64,000 nt of DNA, taken from assembly GCA_965218695.1 (NCBI GenBank), contig OZ244651.1:288001-352000 (forward strand), in the 5' to 3' direction. The notes under the pieces were generated by a model. That model was not told where the DNA came from. It worked only from the letters and a program-made list of their open reading frames with translations, and did no database searches. The number at the start of each line of letters is the position of its first letter. The first letter of the stretch is position 1. A program made the position numbers and the translations under genes. This document shows positions 9,155 to 20,020 of the stretch, piece by piece. This DNA comes from Nitrosopumilus sp. (GTDB lineage: Archaea; Thermoproteota; Nitrososphaeria; Nitrososphaerales; Nitrosopumilaceae).

Positions 9155-10350
9155 GTTTTTGTTGACCTTTTCCTTTGTAATTTATTAGCTTCTGTTGACT
9201 GCATCCCCCACAGCTCTGCAAATCCTGTGGCGAGCCTTTGGTCGAATGTGGATTCGGCCCCATACGTGGCAACCTTCTGACTGTACAGCGAGTTTTTGGA
9301 TTTTCTTCCTACCACCTTGAGGCTACCCTTGTACATCTTGAGCCTGACTGTTCCTGAGACCGGCGCCTGTGATGCCTCTATGAATCCGTCCAGATCCGTC
9401 CTGAGAGGATCCTGCCAGAGTCCTGAATACGCCAGATACGTCCACTGCTCATCAACAATTCCCTTGAACCTGTTCTGGTGCTTGGTGTGGACCATCTTCT
9501 CCAGATCCGTGTGTGCCTCAATAAGGCATATCGCTGCAGGCGTCTCGTAGACCTCCCGCGATTTGATTCCGACCACCCTGTCCTCGATATGATCTGTTAT
9601 TCCTACGCCTGCCTCCCCGGCCGCCGTGTTGATGTGACTGATAAGCTGCTGGCCCCCCATTCTAGTCCCGTCCACTGCAATTGGAACTCCCTTCTCAAAC
9701 CTGATCTCCATGTACCTTGGCTCGTCTGGCAGATCCTTTGTCCTGACCCAGATGAAGGCATCATCAGGCGGTTCTGCATACGGGTCTTCAAGCACGCCTC
9801 CCTCGATTGCACGCCCCCATAGGTTCTGGTCGATACTGAATTTTTTGGCAACCGAATCTATCCGGATTCCGTGCCGCTTGGCAAAGTCCAGTTCTGTCAC
9901 CCTGTCCAGATTCTTGTCCCTGATGGGTGCAATTATTGGAAGATTCGAGCCTGAACGGAGCGTAATGTCAAACCGTACTTGGTCGTTTCCCTTGCCGGAG
10001 CATCCGTGGGCAAGCGCAGAGACCTTCTCATTTTGTGCCACCTCCAGCACCTTCTGTGCAATCAGCGGCCGTGCAAGGGCCGTTGCAAGGCAGTACTTTC
10101 CCTGGTATAGCGCATTTGCCTTGATGGACGGGAATATGTAGTCCCTGACAAACTCCCTCCTTGCATCAATGTTGTAGTGTTTTATCGCCCCGAGCCTCTT
10201 TGCCTTGGCTGCGATCTCTCTACCATCCTCGCCATGTCCTACGTTTACCGTGACTGTGATGACATCCATGTCGTGCTCCTCCTGCATGTATTTTACAACA
10301 ACTGACGTGTCGAGTCCGCCGGAGAATGCAAGTATTCCTTTCTTGGCCAT
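9151..10350 (-). CDS. argG: Argininosuccinate synthase
   Basis: AFSGGLDTS, HGCSGKGNDQVRF, GIKSREVYE. Confidence 0.97.
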   Translation of the reverse strand: MAKKGILAFSGGLDTSVVVKYMQEEHDMDVITVTVNVGHGEDGREIAAKAKRLGAIKHYNIDARREFVRDYIFPSIKANALYQGKYCLATALARPLIAQKVLEVAQNEKVSALAHGCSGKGNDQVRFDITLRSGSNLPIIAPIRDKNLDRVTELDFAKRHGIRIDSVAKKFSIDQNLWGRAIEGGVLEDPYAEPPDDAFIWVRTKDLPDEPRYMEIRFEKGVPIAVDGTRMGGQQLISHINTAAGEAGVGITDHIEDRVVGIKSREVYETPAAICLIEAHTDLEKMVHTKHQNRFKGIVDEQWTYLAYSGLWQDPLRTDLDGFIEASQAPVSGTVRLKMYKGSLKVVGRKSKNSLYSQKVATYGAESTFDQRLATGFAELWGMQSTEANKLQRKRSTKT

Positions 10351-10484
10351 AAAACACCTTTTTGTATTCGGGATTGAAATATTATCTTTTTGATGGGAAT
10401 CTGCCTGATCTGCAGTACCGGCGGTACCGGCTAGCTTGAGCTAAAATCCGATGATTATTTAACCGCCGAACATAACGCTGTTTT

Positions 10485-11498
10485 ATGAAAACCCGCCTTC
10501 TTGCAGGAGCGGCTGGGGTGACAGCCCTGATTGCGTTGGGAATTGGACTCGGCTCCGGCAATACCGTACACGAAGAGAGAATTCGAATTGCATACTTTCC
10601 CAATATTGGGCATGCTGTTCCAATCGTAGGGGTAGAGAACGGACTCTTTGAGGACGCCATAGGAAATATGACTGATATCGAGACACGCGTCTTTGACAAC
10701 GGCCCACAGGCAGTCGAGTCCCTGTTTGCCGGCTCAGTCGATGTGGCGTATGTAGGACCGGGCCCTGCCATCAACGGATTCCTCAACTCTGAGGACGGGA
10801 ATGTAAAGATTCTTGCCGGTGCGGCAAGCGGTGGGGCAAGCTTTGTTGTACACCCCGACTCCGAGATTGGCCTGGCATCAGACTTTGCAGGAAAAAAGAT
10901 TGCAGCACCACCCATCGGAAACACGCAGGATGTATCCCTGCGCCATTATCTGTCTGAGAACGGGCTGAAGCCTGCCGATAAGGGCGGTTCTGTGATCGTC
11001 TACAACGTTCCCAATCCTGACATCTATACGCTGTTTGTAAAGGGCGATGTGGACGGCGCCTGGGTGGCAGAACCATGGGCCACGATACTGGAGGCTGAGC
11101 TTGGCGGCAAGCGGCTCTTCCAAGAGGAGACGCTCTGGCCCGGAAACGAGTTTGCATCCGTCCTCCTTATAGGAAACACGGATTACATTGCACAGAATCC
11201 CGAGGCCGTGGCAGGACTATTGCAGGCGCATCATGAGGCGGTGGAATGGATTAACGCAAACCCCGTCCAGACCAGAACCACATTCAACGGATTTCTTGAC
11301 TCGTACCTGGGAGCGCCGCTGCCTGACGACGTAGTCGATACTGCACTCTCCAACCTTCTGATTACCTCCGATCCGAAACGGGACTCCGTGTTGTCCTTTG
11401 CCCAGAAGGCAGACTCTCTGGGATATCTGGGAAGGAGCGGATACGACCTGTCTGGAATCTTTTACAGCGACGGACCGTCTGTGGAGGATGATGCATAG
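10485..11498 (+). CDS. ABC transporter substrate-binding protein, sulfonate/nitrate/taurine (SsuA-like) family
   Basis: N-terminal anchor; YFPNIGHA, YVGPGPAING, GNTQDV motifs. Confidence 0.88.
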   Translation: MKTRLLAGAAGVTALIALGIGLGSGNTVHEERIRIAYFPNIGHAVPIVGVENGLFEDAIGNMTDIETRVFDNGPQAVESLFAGSVDVAYVGPGPAINGFLNSEDGNVKILAGAASGGASFVVHPDSEIGLASDFAGKKIAAPPIGNTQDVSLRHYLSENGLKPADKGGSVIVYNVPNPDIYTLFVKGDVDGAWVAEPWATILEAELGGKRLFQEETLWPGNEFASVLLIGNTDYIAQNPEAVAGLLQAHHEAVEWINANPVQTRTTFNGFLDSYLGAPLPDDVVDTALSNLLITSDPKRDSVLSFAQKADSLGYLGRSGYDLSGIFYSDGPSVEDDA

Positions 11499-12263
11499 TT
11501 GGCCAAGCTTGAGGCACGGGAGATCGTCAAGTATTTCAGCCACGACTCCCACAAGCTCAAGGCTCTTGGCGGAATCAACCTGAGTGTTGATGCCGGCGAC
11601 TTTGTATGTCTGGTGGGGCCGTCCGGATGCGGCAAGTCCACATTCCTGCGTATAGTAGCCGGACTTGAGGAGCCTGATGACGGACAGATAATCTTTGACG
11701 GCCGTCCCGTCACCGGCACCGGGCCTGAAAGAATCATAGTGTTCCAGGAGGGTGCGCTTTTTCCATGGCTCAAGGTTCAAGACAACGTAGAGTTTGGACT
11801 GAAGATGGCAGGGATTCCCCCCGAAGAGAGGGCAAAGATATCCCACAGATATCTGGACATGATGCAGCTGACCAGATTTGCAGACTCGTACACGTACCAG
11901 CTCTCGACTGGAATGAAGCAGCGCGTCGCAATTGCCAGGGCACTCGTAATGGATCCAGACGTGTTGCTGATGGACGAGCCGTTTGCCGCCCTTGATGCGC
12001 AGACGCGCGACCTTCTGCTAGTCGAGATGCAACTAATCTGGGAGAAGACAAAGAAGACGATTCTGTTTGTCACGCACAATGTGGCAGAGGCCACGGTCCT
12101 TGGTACAAAGGTGGCCATATTCAGCAACCGTCCGTCCGTAATCAAAAAGGAGTTCCGCAACGACTTTCCGCGACCGCGTGTCACAGAGGACGAGTCGCTA
12201 CTCCAATTCCAGCAGGACATCCTGGCAGAACTCCGGCCGGAGGTCAAGAAGAGCAGCAGGTGA
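11499..12263 (+). CDS. ABC transporter ATP-binding protein (SsuB/TauB-like)
   Basis: Walker A GPSGCGKST, LSTGMKQR, LLMDEPF. Confidence 0.93.
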   Translation: MAKLEAREIVKYFSHDSHKLKALGGINLSVDAGDFVCLVGPSGCGKSTFLRIVAGLEEPDDGQIIFDGRPVTGTGPERIIVFQEGALFPWLKVQDNVEFGLKMAGIPPEERAKISHRYLDMMQLTRFADSYTYQLSTGMKQRVAIARALVMDPDVLLMDEPFAALDAQTRDLLLVEMQLIWEKTKKTILFVTHNVAEATVLGTKVAIFSNRPSVIKKEFRNDFPRPRVTEDESLLQFQQDILAELRPEVKKSSR

Positions 12264-13027
12264 GCGTGGTGGCCAAAAACTTTGTACCTCACAGGGTGGC
12301 ATTCTATGTCGGAATCATTCTAGTGTGGCAGGTCACTGCAATGGCAGGCGTCTGGCCAGAGAACATCTTTCCATCCCCGTATCAGGTGGCCGAAGATCTT
12401 GCGTATGGCGCAGCCGACGGCAGCTTGTTTTACGGAATTGCAACCAGCATGTGGCGACTGATGGTGGGACTTGGAATTGCAATCGCCGGCGGCATAATCC
12501 TAGGAATATTCATGGCGCGAATCGAGGTAGTCAATCAGACTATAGGGTCCTTGGTTCTGGGACTTCAGTCGATCCCGTCAGTTGCCTGGGTTCCTCTTGC
12601 AATACTGTGGTTTGGACTAAACGATGCGGGGATCATATTTGTCACTGCAATCGGGGCAGTCTTTGCAGTAACCATCAACACGTACACCGGCGTCAAGAAC
12701 ATAGATCCGCATTTCATCGAGGCTGCAAGAAACATGGGCGCAAAGGGAAGCCAGCTGATTACTGCGGTCCTGATTCCGGCTGCATTCCCCTACATGATAT
12801 CCGGATTCAAGCAGGGATGGGCCTTTGCGTGGAGGGGTGTGATTGGCGCAGAGCTGCTGTTCTCGTATCTGGGCCTGGGATTCCTGCTCAATGCGGGCCG
12901 CTCCCTCAACGACGTATCCCAGGTGATTGCAATAATGCTGGTGATAATGGGAATCGGCCTTGCAGTGGACGGCGTTGTCTTCAAGAAGCTCGAACACAAG
13001 GTCATGTCAAGATGGGGCCTGCGCTGA
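12260..13027 (+). CDS. ABC transporter permease (SsuC/TauC-like)
   Basis: Multiple TM helices; EAA loop EAARNMGA. Confidence 0.92.
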   Translation: MSVVAKNFVPHRVAFYVGIILVWQVTAMAGVWPENIFPSPYQVAEDLAYGAADGSLFYGIATSMWRLMVGLGIAIAGGIILGIFMARIEVVNQTIGSLVLGLQSIPSVAWVPLAILWFGLNDAGIIFVTAIGAVFAVTINTYTGVKNIDPHFIEAARNMGAKGSQLITAVLIPAAFPYMISGFKQGWAFAWRGVIGAELLFSYLGLGFLLNAGRSLNDVSQVIAIMLVIMGIGLAVDGVVFKKLEHKVMSRWGLR

Positions 13028-13121
13028 TTCGGACTCGATCACGCCATGCCGGTTCCAACGCAACAGATGCCAAACTCTGGGGGGCAGTGTGGCCAGTCGA
13101 TGTCTGCTCGATGCAGAAAGG

Positions 13122-13376
<255 letters not shown>

Positions 13377-13490
13377 GCATCAATTACGCATAATGCCTGT
13401 TGACCTGATGAGCATATCATGCATATTATCTTGAATCAAGAAGCTATTCCTGAAAAGAGTTAAACCGTACAGGGGAATCCTGAGATCAGA

Positions 13491-14447
13491 TTGACACAGA
13501 AGGAACCATTCTTGGATGCACTGCGTGACAGGATACTGCTCTTTGACGGTGCGATGGGAACCGAGATCCAAGGGTATGATCCAAAACCCGAGGATTTTCC
13601 GGACTGCAAGGACGGCTTTAACGACGGCTTGATACTGACGCATCCTGAATGGATACGGCAGATTCATAAAAGATACCTGGATGCCGGCGCCGACTGTATC
13701 GAGACAAACTCCTTTGGCTCAAACAGGATAAAGCTTGACGAGTACGGGTTTGGCGATCAGACCGTGGAATTTAACAAAAGGATCGCACGGCTGGCATCTG
13801 ATGTGTGCCTGGAGTACCGTGACCGGCCGCGATATGTGATAGGCTCCATGGGACCATCCGGATTTCTTCCAAGCTCAAATGATCCTGATCTGGGGTGCAG
13901 GCCGCTTGACGAGATAGAGGAGGCATTCTCCTCCCAGGCAGAGGGGCTGATCCTAGGAGGCGCAGACGCACTACTGATTGAGACCAGCCAGGACATTTTG
14001 GAGGTAAAGCTTGCAATTGACGGATGCCACGGGGCAATGAAACGTATTGGCAGCAGGGTTCCCATCATTGCCAATGTCACCCTGGACCAGTATGGAAAGA
14101 TGTTGCTTGGCACAACCATACAGGCTGCATACACGACTGTCTCTGACATGGGAATTGACGTGTTTGGGATGAACTGCTCCACGGGACCCGTCGAGATGAC
14201 CCCGAGCGTGCGGTGGCTTGACGAGCAGGACGGGCATGATCTCCTGGTGGTACCAAACGCCGGAATGCCCGAAAACGAGGGGGGAGTGGCAGTATACAAG
14301 ATGACCCCTGAGGGAATGGGCCGTGCACTGGGCGACATTCTTGGCAGGAACAAAAGGGTCCGGATCATCGGCGGCTGCTGCGGGACGAACCCCGAGCACA
14401 TCAGGGTTCTCAGGGGGATGATCGATCAAGGCACCTTCAAGGGTTAA
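13491..14447 (+). CDS. metH: Methionine synthase, homocysteine-binding (S-methyltransferase) domain
   Basis: DGAMGT, ETNSFG, NCSTG, PNAG.P, GGCCGT. Confidence 0.92.
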   Translation: MTQKEPFLDALRDRILLFDGAMGTEIQGYDPKPEDFPDCKDGFNDGLILTHPEWIRQIHKRYLDAGADCIETNSFGSNRIKLDEYGFGDQTVEFNKRIARLASDVCLEYRDRPRYVIGSMGPSGFLPSSNDPDLGCRPLDEIEEAFSSQAEGLILGGADALLIETSQDILEVKLAIDGCHGAMKRIGSRVPIIANVTLDQYGKMLLGTTIQAAYTTVSDMGIDVFGMNCSTGPVEMTPSVRWLDEQDGHDLLVVPNAGMPENEGGVAVYKMTPEGMGRALGDILGRNKRVRIIGGCCGTNPEHIRVLRGMIDQGTFKG

Positions 14448-14481
14448 GTATTTAGAAAAACCCAAGTGATCACATATCACA

Positions 14482-16983
14482 TTGACCGTTCCAAGAGTAA
14501 GCTCCGCACTGAAGGCAGTGGACCTGAGACAGGTCCCTGCCCCCATGATAATCGGGGAGCGAATCAACACGCAGGGTTCGCGCAAGGCAAAGCGTCTCGT
14601 ACTTGAGGACGACTATGACGGGCTGGTTGACCTGGGCAGGATCCAGACAGAGGACGGCGCGCACTGCCTTGACGTGTGCGTTGCAACGACTGAGCGGGCC
14701 GACGAACGCCAGTTCATGCTTAACCTTGTCAAGCGGCTGAGCCTGGAGATAGACGCCCCGCTTGTGATTGACTCCACTGACCCTGACGTAATCGAGGCAT
14801 CCGTCCGGCAGGTTCCCGGAAGGCCGATAATCAATTCCATAAACCTAGAGGGGGACGGCAGCCGGTTTGCAAGGCTGGCGCCAATAATGGCAAGATACGG
14901 GCTGCCTGCAATCGCCCTGTGCATAGGGCCTGAGGGAATGGCAAAGACCCCGCAGCAGAAGGTGGACACTGCAGAGCTCCTCTACGAGACCGGAAAGGAA
15001 TACGGGCTGAAGATAGAACAGTTCATCTTTGACGTGCTGACATTCACCCTGGCCACCGGGCAGGACGAGTTTCTTGACGCGGGGAAAAACACGCTGGAAG
15101 GCATACGTCTTGTAAAGGAGAGGTTCCCAGACTCCTTTACCACGCTTGGCCTTAGCAATATCAGCTTCGGCCTGTCCCCGAATGCCAGAAGGATTCTCAA
15201 CTCCGTATTCCTGTACCATGCGGTACGGGCAGGACTTGACAGTGCCATTGTCAATGCACGGGAGATGCTGCCGTATGCCGAGATTGACACGAAGGAAAGG
15301 GAGATTGCCGAGAACCTGATCTACAATATCCACCCAAACGCCCTCTCTGATCTCATATCCTACTTTGAGAACCGGGGGGAGGATGCACAGAACCGGCAGA
15401 GCACGGGAGTGAAAGTCGATCCGTCATGGCCGCCGGGAAGGCGAGTCAACTTCCGGGTAGTCAACAGGCTCAAGGACGGAATCCAAAACGACGTGGTGTC
15501 TGCCATTGCCGCAAGAATAGGACATGATGTGACGGTACAGGATGACGGCCAGACGCTGTCCCTGGATGCACCGCCTGCAGTCACGCATGAGGGCGCACTC
15601 GAGACGCTCAACGAGGATCTCCTCCCTGCAATGAAGGAGGTTGGAGACAAATTCGGCGCAGGCGAACTGATCCTGCCATTTGTCCTCAAGTCCGCCGAAT
15701 GCATGAAGGCAGCCGTAGGCGAGCTTGAAAAATACCTAGTAAGAAAGGAGGGGGCAAGCAAGGGAAAACTGGTTCTGGGAACAGTCTATGGGGACGTCCA
15801 TGACATCGGAAAGAATCTCGTCAAGACGATATTTCAAAACAACGGCTATACCGTATATGACCTGGGAAAACAGGTTCCACTGCAAAGATTCCTCGAAGAG
15901 ATTGACAGGGTCAATCCTGATGCAATAGGACTCTCTGCCCTGCTGGTATCTACATCAAGGCAGATGAGCCTGTTTGTAGAGCATGCAAGGAATACTGCCA
16001 TGACCATTCCCGTCATGTGCGGGGGTGCTGCAATCAACAGTAATTACATCAACAGGATAGCAAAGCAGGACGGCATATACGAGCCTGGGGTATTCTACTG
16101 CAACACCATGTTTGAGGGACTCAAAACAATGGACATGCTGGTATCTGAGAAGAGACCAGAACTCATGGCAGACTGGAGGGCAAGGCTGGATGCGTGGAAG
16201 GAGAAGCCTGCCAAAGCAGTCGACCCTGCAAGCATTCCAAGAAGCACCGTCAGGCCCGTGCCTGCACCTGTCCCAAACAGCATCGGAGAACCGTCCCGGT
16301 TCAAGCCCGGCGATATTCCAATGGACGAGGTCTGGAGTCTGCTCAACAAAAGATCCCTCTTCAAGATGTCGTGGGGACTCAGGGGAAAGAAAGGTGCCCT
16401 CTCTGACGTGGACCCTGAGCAGCTGCTAGAGCAGTGGAAGGCCCGGATATCCGGAGAGAACCTGTTTGAGCCTGAGGCAGTCTATGGATACTTTAGGTGC
16501 CACGGCAAGGGAGAGACCCTGACAGTCGATGGCCCGTCAGGAGAAGTGGAGTTTGTATTTCCACGGTCCACGCAGCCCCAGCACCTGTGCCTGGCTGACT
16601 ACTTTGGGGATGACGATGTAGTCGCATTCCAGTCTGTGACTGTCGGAAACAAGGTATCTGAGGTGATTGACTCGTGGAACAAGCAGGACATGTACACTGA
16701 TGCATACTATCTGCACGGACTGGCAGTGGAGACTGCAGAGGCGCTTGCCGACTGGATCAACCAGGAGATAATATCCGAACTCGGCCTGCAACAGGGGGGA
16801 GGTCTCAGATACAGCTGGGGATATCCCAGCTGCCCTGACGTATCACAGCACCATCTGGTGTGGAATCTGCTGCATCCAGAAGAGTCTGGCATGACGCTTA
16901 CCGAGTCCGGACAGATAGTCCCGGAACAGTCCACTGCTGCGATAGTGGTTCATCATCCCCAGGCACAGTACTTTGTGCTCTAG
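14482..16983 (+). CDS. metH: B12-dependent methionine synthase: pterin-binding, cap, cobalamin-binding and activation domains
   Basis: IIGERIN, GLSNISFG, GDVHDIGKNLV, RYSWGYPSCPD. Confidence 0.93.
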   Translation: MTVPRVSSALKAVDLRQVPAPMIIGERINTQGSRKAKRLVLEDDYDGLVDLGRIQTEDGAHCLDVCVATTERADERQFMLNLVKRLSLEIDAPLVIDSTDPDVIEASVRQVPGRPIINSINLEGDGSRFARLAPIMARYGLPAIALCIGPEGMAKTPQQKVDTAELLYETGKEYGLKIEQFIFDVLTFTLATGQDEFLDAGKNTLEGIRLVKERFPDSFTTLGLSNISFGLSPNARRILNSVFLYHAVRAGLDSAIVNAREMLPYAEIDTKEREIAENLIYNIHPNALSDLISYFENRGEDAQNRQSTGVKVDPSWPPGRRVNFRVVNRLKDGIQNDVVSAIAARIGHDVTVQDDGQTLSLDAPPAVTHEGALETLNEDLLPAMKEVGDKFGAGELILPFVLKSAECMKAAVGELEKYLVRKEGASKGKLVLGTVYGDVHDIGKNLVKTIFQNNGYTVYDLGKQVPLQRFLEEIDRVNPDAIGLSALLVSTSRQMSLFVEHARNTAMTIPVMCGGAAINSNYINRIAKQDGIYEPGVFYCNTMFEGLKTMDMLVSEKRPELMADWRARLDAWKEKPAKAVDPASIPRSTVRPVPAPVPNSIGEPSRFKPGDIPMDEVWSLLNKRSLFKMSWGLRGKKGALSDVDPEQLLEQWKARISGENLFEPEAVYGYFRCHGKGETLTVDGPSGEVEFVFPRSTQPQHLCLADYFGDDDVVAFQSVTVGNKVSEVIDSWNKQDMYTDAYYLHGLAVETAEALADWINQEIISELGLQQGGGLRYSWGYPSCPDVSQHHLVWNLLHPEESGMTLTESGQIVPEQSTAAIVVHHPQAQYFVL

Positions 16984-17717
16984 AGCCGGAATTCCTTTAG
17001 AAATCCATTGATACCTGCAAAATCATTTGGTGATGTAATCAGGACGTCCCCTGTGATGTCATGTACCCTACTTACAAACTCCTCAAACCTTCTGCCGTAT
17101 GACTCCAGATCCAGATTCAAAAATTCTGCAGACTTTGCATTCTTGGATGACGGGTACAACATTATCGGTATGACCGAGAACCCGTCGAGTATTTTGACAA
17201 GATTTTGAACCTGTTCCAGATTGTGAACCACCTGCGTCATGAATCCTTTCGGACGTGCCTTGATCTTCTTGCCAATCTTTGAGGGATCAGGCCTGTTTGG
17301 GACTGAAAGATACAGGTCAATCTTATCATCAATACCCTGCTCCCAGAGTCTCCTTACAGTGTCACTTGGAATCTGTCCCGAGTCGCTTGCTCCCGTCTGC
17401 GAAGGATCTCCCATCAGAACCAGCACTCCTGTAAATCCCACCGAGACATACTCGTCTACAAGCTCTGAAATCCTGTTCTGACTCTTGTCCCTGACCCTCA
17501 GGCTGGCAGTTATGGGCACGTCCGGAATATCCCTCCTAATCCTACTCCCTGCATCTGTTGGAGATACCCTGCGATGGCCAAGAACGTCCTCGGTAAGATG
17601 TATTGCATCACATCTCTGCGAGATCTCCCTTATCCTGTCCAAAAATGCTGCAATCGTATCATCCATGCTGGTCCCAGGGATTATCTTGGGCGGGTTGGCC
17701 TCGTATCTGATAGTCAT
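16980..17717 (-). CDS. 5,10-methylenetetrahydrofolate reductase-like protein
   Basis: YEANPPK, LVLMGDP, FMTQ motifs; adjacent to metH; start set at MTIRYE because the longer ORF runs into the IS66 end. Confidence 0.75.
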   Translation of the reverse strand: MTIRYEANPPKIIPGTSMDDTIAAFLDRIREISQRCDAIHLTEDVLGHRRVSPTDAGSRIRRDIPDVPITASLRVRDKSQNRISELVDEYVSVGFTGVLVLMGDPSQTGASDSGQIPSDTVRRLWEQGIDDKIDLYLSVPNRPDPSKIGKKIKARPKGFMTQVVHNLEQVQNLVKILDGFSVIPIMLYPSSKNAKSAEFLNLDLESYGRRFEEFVSRVHDITGDVLITSPNDFAGINGFLKEFRL

Positions 17718-17765
17718 GTTGTCCCTCGTTTCAATCTTGATTAAAACCTTTGAGAGGAACCACGT

Positions 17766-19298
17766 GTATGAATTCACCTGTCCTTCCTGTCACAAAAAAA
17801 TGATCATACTGATCCATATGCTGGTAATACACATCCCTGTCCATGGGGAACCCACGGCACATGAACAGGGAACAGCTGGAGAGGGAACTGGCTGAGGAAA
17901 GGAAGAAAAATGCCATGCTCGAGTCCAAGATTGAAGAGGTGCTTGCCAAGATCGAACGTCTTGAAAGGGCCTTGGGGTACAGCGAGCGCATCATGACATA
18001 CTATACAAACCCCAACACGCCGCCCTCATCTGAATCCCTGGAATGGAAGGCCCAGAAGAGGGAGCGGGCAAAAAAACAGGAAAAGGGAGACAAAGCCAAG
18101 CGCGGGGGAAGAGATGGACACGTGGGGGCGTCGCGCCCCCGCGACCCGGAAAGGACCGTATCCCACAGGTTCGGGCGCAGGAAGTCGGGCAGGAGACGGG
18201 TGCCGGTACTCCCGGAATGCGGGTGCGGCGGCGGCCGGATGGCGATTGGCAGTCCGCGCGTGCGGGACATCACGGACATCATGGTGACTGCGTGCGAGAC
18301 GCGGCACCGCGTGGAGACTGCAATATGCGGCTCATGCGGCCACAGGGAAGATGCCCCAAACGACCTGCCGCGGCGGGGCAACTTCGGCAAGGGACTGGTC
18401 GGGCTCGTCTCAGAACTGCGCGCGGCACGGGTGCCGCTCAAGGGAATCTCGGTCGCGGTGCGCTCCATAACGGACATTGAGCTTGCAGGATCCACTGTCA
18501 ACAACATCATGGCGCGCGTCGGGGACGCCTCGGGCCACGAGGCAGGCAGGATCCTCGGGGAAGTGGAGGCTTCTGACTGTGCCGGGTTTGACGAGACCAG
18601 CTGGCGAAACGACGGCCAGAGGGTGCACGCAAACGTGGCACAGTCGGGCAAAAATATCGCAATAAACATCAGCCAGAGCAGGGCCACGCTCATGCTCGAT
18701 GCCATGGACAAATTTGACGGGGTGGCGATAACTGACGGGTACAACGGGTATGACAGGTTTGACAAGGGCGGCATGCACCAGTCGTGCTGGGCGCACGACC
18801 TCCGGCAGACAAGACACCTGGCAGAAAAATACTGTGCCGTGCCTCCCAAGACCAAACGCGTCCGGCGGCGGCGGCAGCTCCACGAGGACCACAAGTGGGT
18901 GTTTGAGAGGGCAAAACTGCTGGCCGCGCAGGAGGCGCACTCGCTACAGCTGCGGCATACGATGAACCGCACCATGCAGGACGTGCTTGACCGGTACCGC
19001 GATGCCGGTGGTGGTAACGATGACGACATGCAAAAGGTGCTGGACAAGCTCGAGAGGCACCTGCACCGCATGTTTGCGTTCCTGGAGCATCCCGGCGTCG
19101 AGCCTACAAACAACGCCAGCGAGAGGGCGCTGCGCTACCTGGTGGTGTTCCGCAAGATAAGCGGGCAGACCAAGGGTGGGCCCAAGTCCATGAAGCGTCT
19201 TGCAGATTTTGTTACATGCGTCCTCACGTGGAGGGCACATGGCAAGAGCGTGGCCGAAGAAGTTGGTCGACTGATATAAGGGGCAGGTGAACTCATAC
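17766..19298 (+). mobile_element. IS66-family element (ISBst12-like), complete copy 2, 1533 bp
   Basis: TIR GTATGAATTCACCTGTCC / GGGCAGGTGAACTCATAC; 8-bp TSD AACCACGT at 17758-17765 and 19299-19306. Confidence 0.95.
17843..19279 (+). CDS. IS66-family transposase (TnpC), apparently intact
   Basis: Coiled-coil N-terminus, PPSS, DETSW, TDGY, CWAH, TNNASER. Confidence 0.93.
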   Translation: MGNPRHMNREQLERELAEERKKNAMLESKIEEVLAKIERLERALGYSERIMTYYTNPNTPPSSESLEWKAQKRERAKKQEKGDKAKRGGRDGHVGASRPRDPERTVSHRFGRRKSGRRRVPVLPECGCGGGRMAIGSPRVRDITDIMVTACETRHRVETAICGSCGHREDAPNDLPRRGNFGKGLVGLVSELRAARVPLKGISVAVRSITDIELAGSTVNNIMARVGDASGHEAGRILGEVEASDCAGFDETSWRNDGQRVHANVAQSGKNIAINISQSRATLMLDAMDKFDGVAITDGYNGYDRFDKGGMHQSCWAHDLRQTRHLAEKYCAVPPKTKRVRRRRQLHEDHKWVFERAKLLAAQEAHSLQLRHTMNRTMQDVLDRYRDAGGGNDDDMQKVLDKLERHLHRMFAFLEHPGVEPTNNASERALRYLVVFRKISGQTKGGPKSMKRLADFVTCVLTWRAHGKSVAEEVGRLI

Positions 19299-19444
19299 AA
19301 CCACGTCAAAGTACCGGACCGGGCGCAAGTGATGCAGTGATGCCGGAATCCGTTTTTGGGTTAACCGGCTAGCCGATATCTGCCCAATGCCGGACGAAGA
19401 AAACGCATTCACCCTAATTAAGCAGAGTCTTCTGAAGGCAATAT

Positions 19445-20008
19445 ATGATGCTGGATGACATACGATCCGCCCTTTCCAGTCCAATCATTCCGGAAATAAA
19501 GGACACTGCGGGATACCGGCTGGCGTCGGTGCTTGTTGTAGTGTATGGAAGAGACCCCTCCATAATAATGACCAAAAAGTCCAAACATATGAGGATTCAT
19601 GCAGGCGAAGTCTCGTTTCCGGGCGGAAAGATGGATGGCGATTCTGACCTCCTGCAGACTGCGCTTCGTGAAACCGGCGAGGAGATCGGCCTGACTCTTT
19701 CAAAGGCTCAGGTGACTGGCCAGCTGGAACCTGTCGTTACCCTAAACTCCGGCTTTTTGATTCTGCCATTCGTATCCGTGGTTGATAATATTCCTGCACT
19801 CTTGGCAAACTGGGAGGTGGAAGAAATCTTTCACATACCATTGGAGCCATTCCTGCAGACTGTCGCAGTTGACCCGGATCCGTTCCACAACATCATTGAG
19901 ACAATGTACACGTTCCGGTATCAAAACCATGTTGTATGGGGCGCTTCGGCCCGAATACTCAAGCAGATTCAAACCCAAATCTTAGCTTCATTTAAAAAGA
20001 GCTCATAG
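19445..20008 (+). CDS. Nudix hydrolase (CoA pyrophosphatase-like)
   Basis: HAGEVSFPGG...ALRETGEEIG; VWGASARIL. Confidence 0.9.
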   Translation: MMLDDIRSALSSPIIPEIKDTAGYRLASVLVVVYGRDPSIIMTKKSKHMRIHAGEVSFPGGKMDGDSDLLQTALRETGEEIGLTLSKAQVTGQLEPVVTLNSGFLILPFVSVVDNIPALLANWEVEEIFHIPLEPFLQTVAVDPDPFHNIIETMYTFRYQNHVVWGASARILKQIQTQILASFKKSS

Positions 20009-20020
20009 TGGTAATTTTTC

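Noticed and set aside
13491-16983. Split metH as a pseudogene
   Set aside because: Both parts are complete domain sets with their own starts; split MetH is a known arrangement
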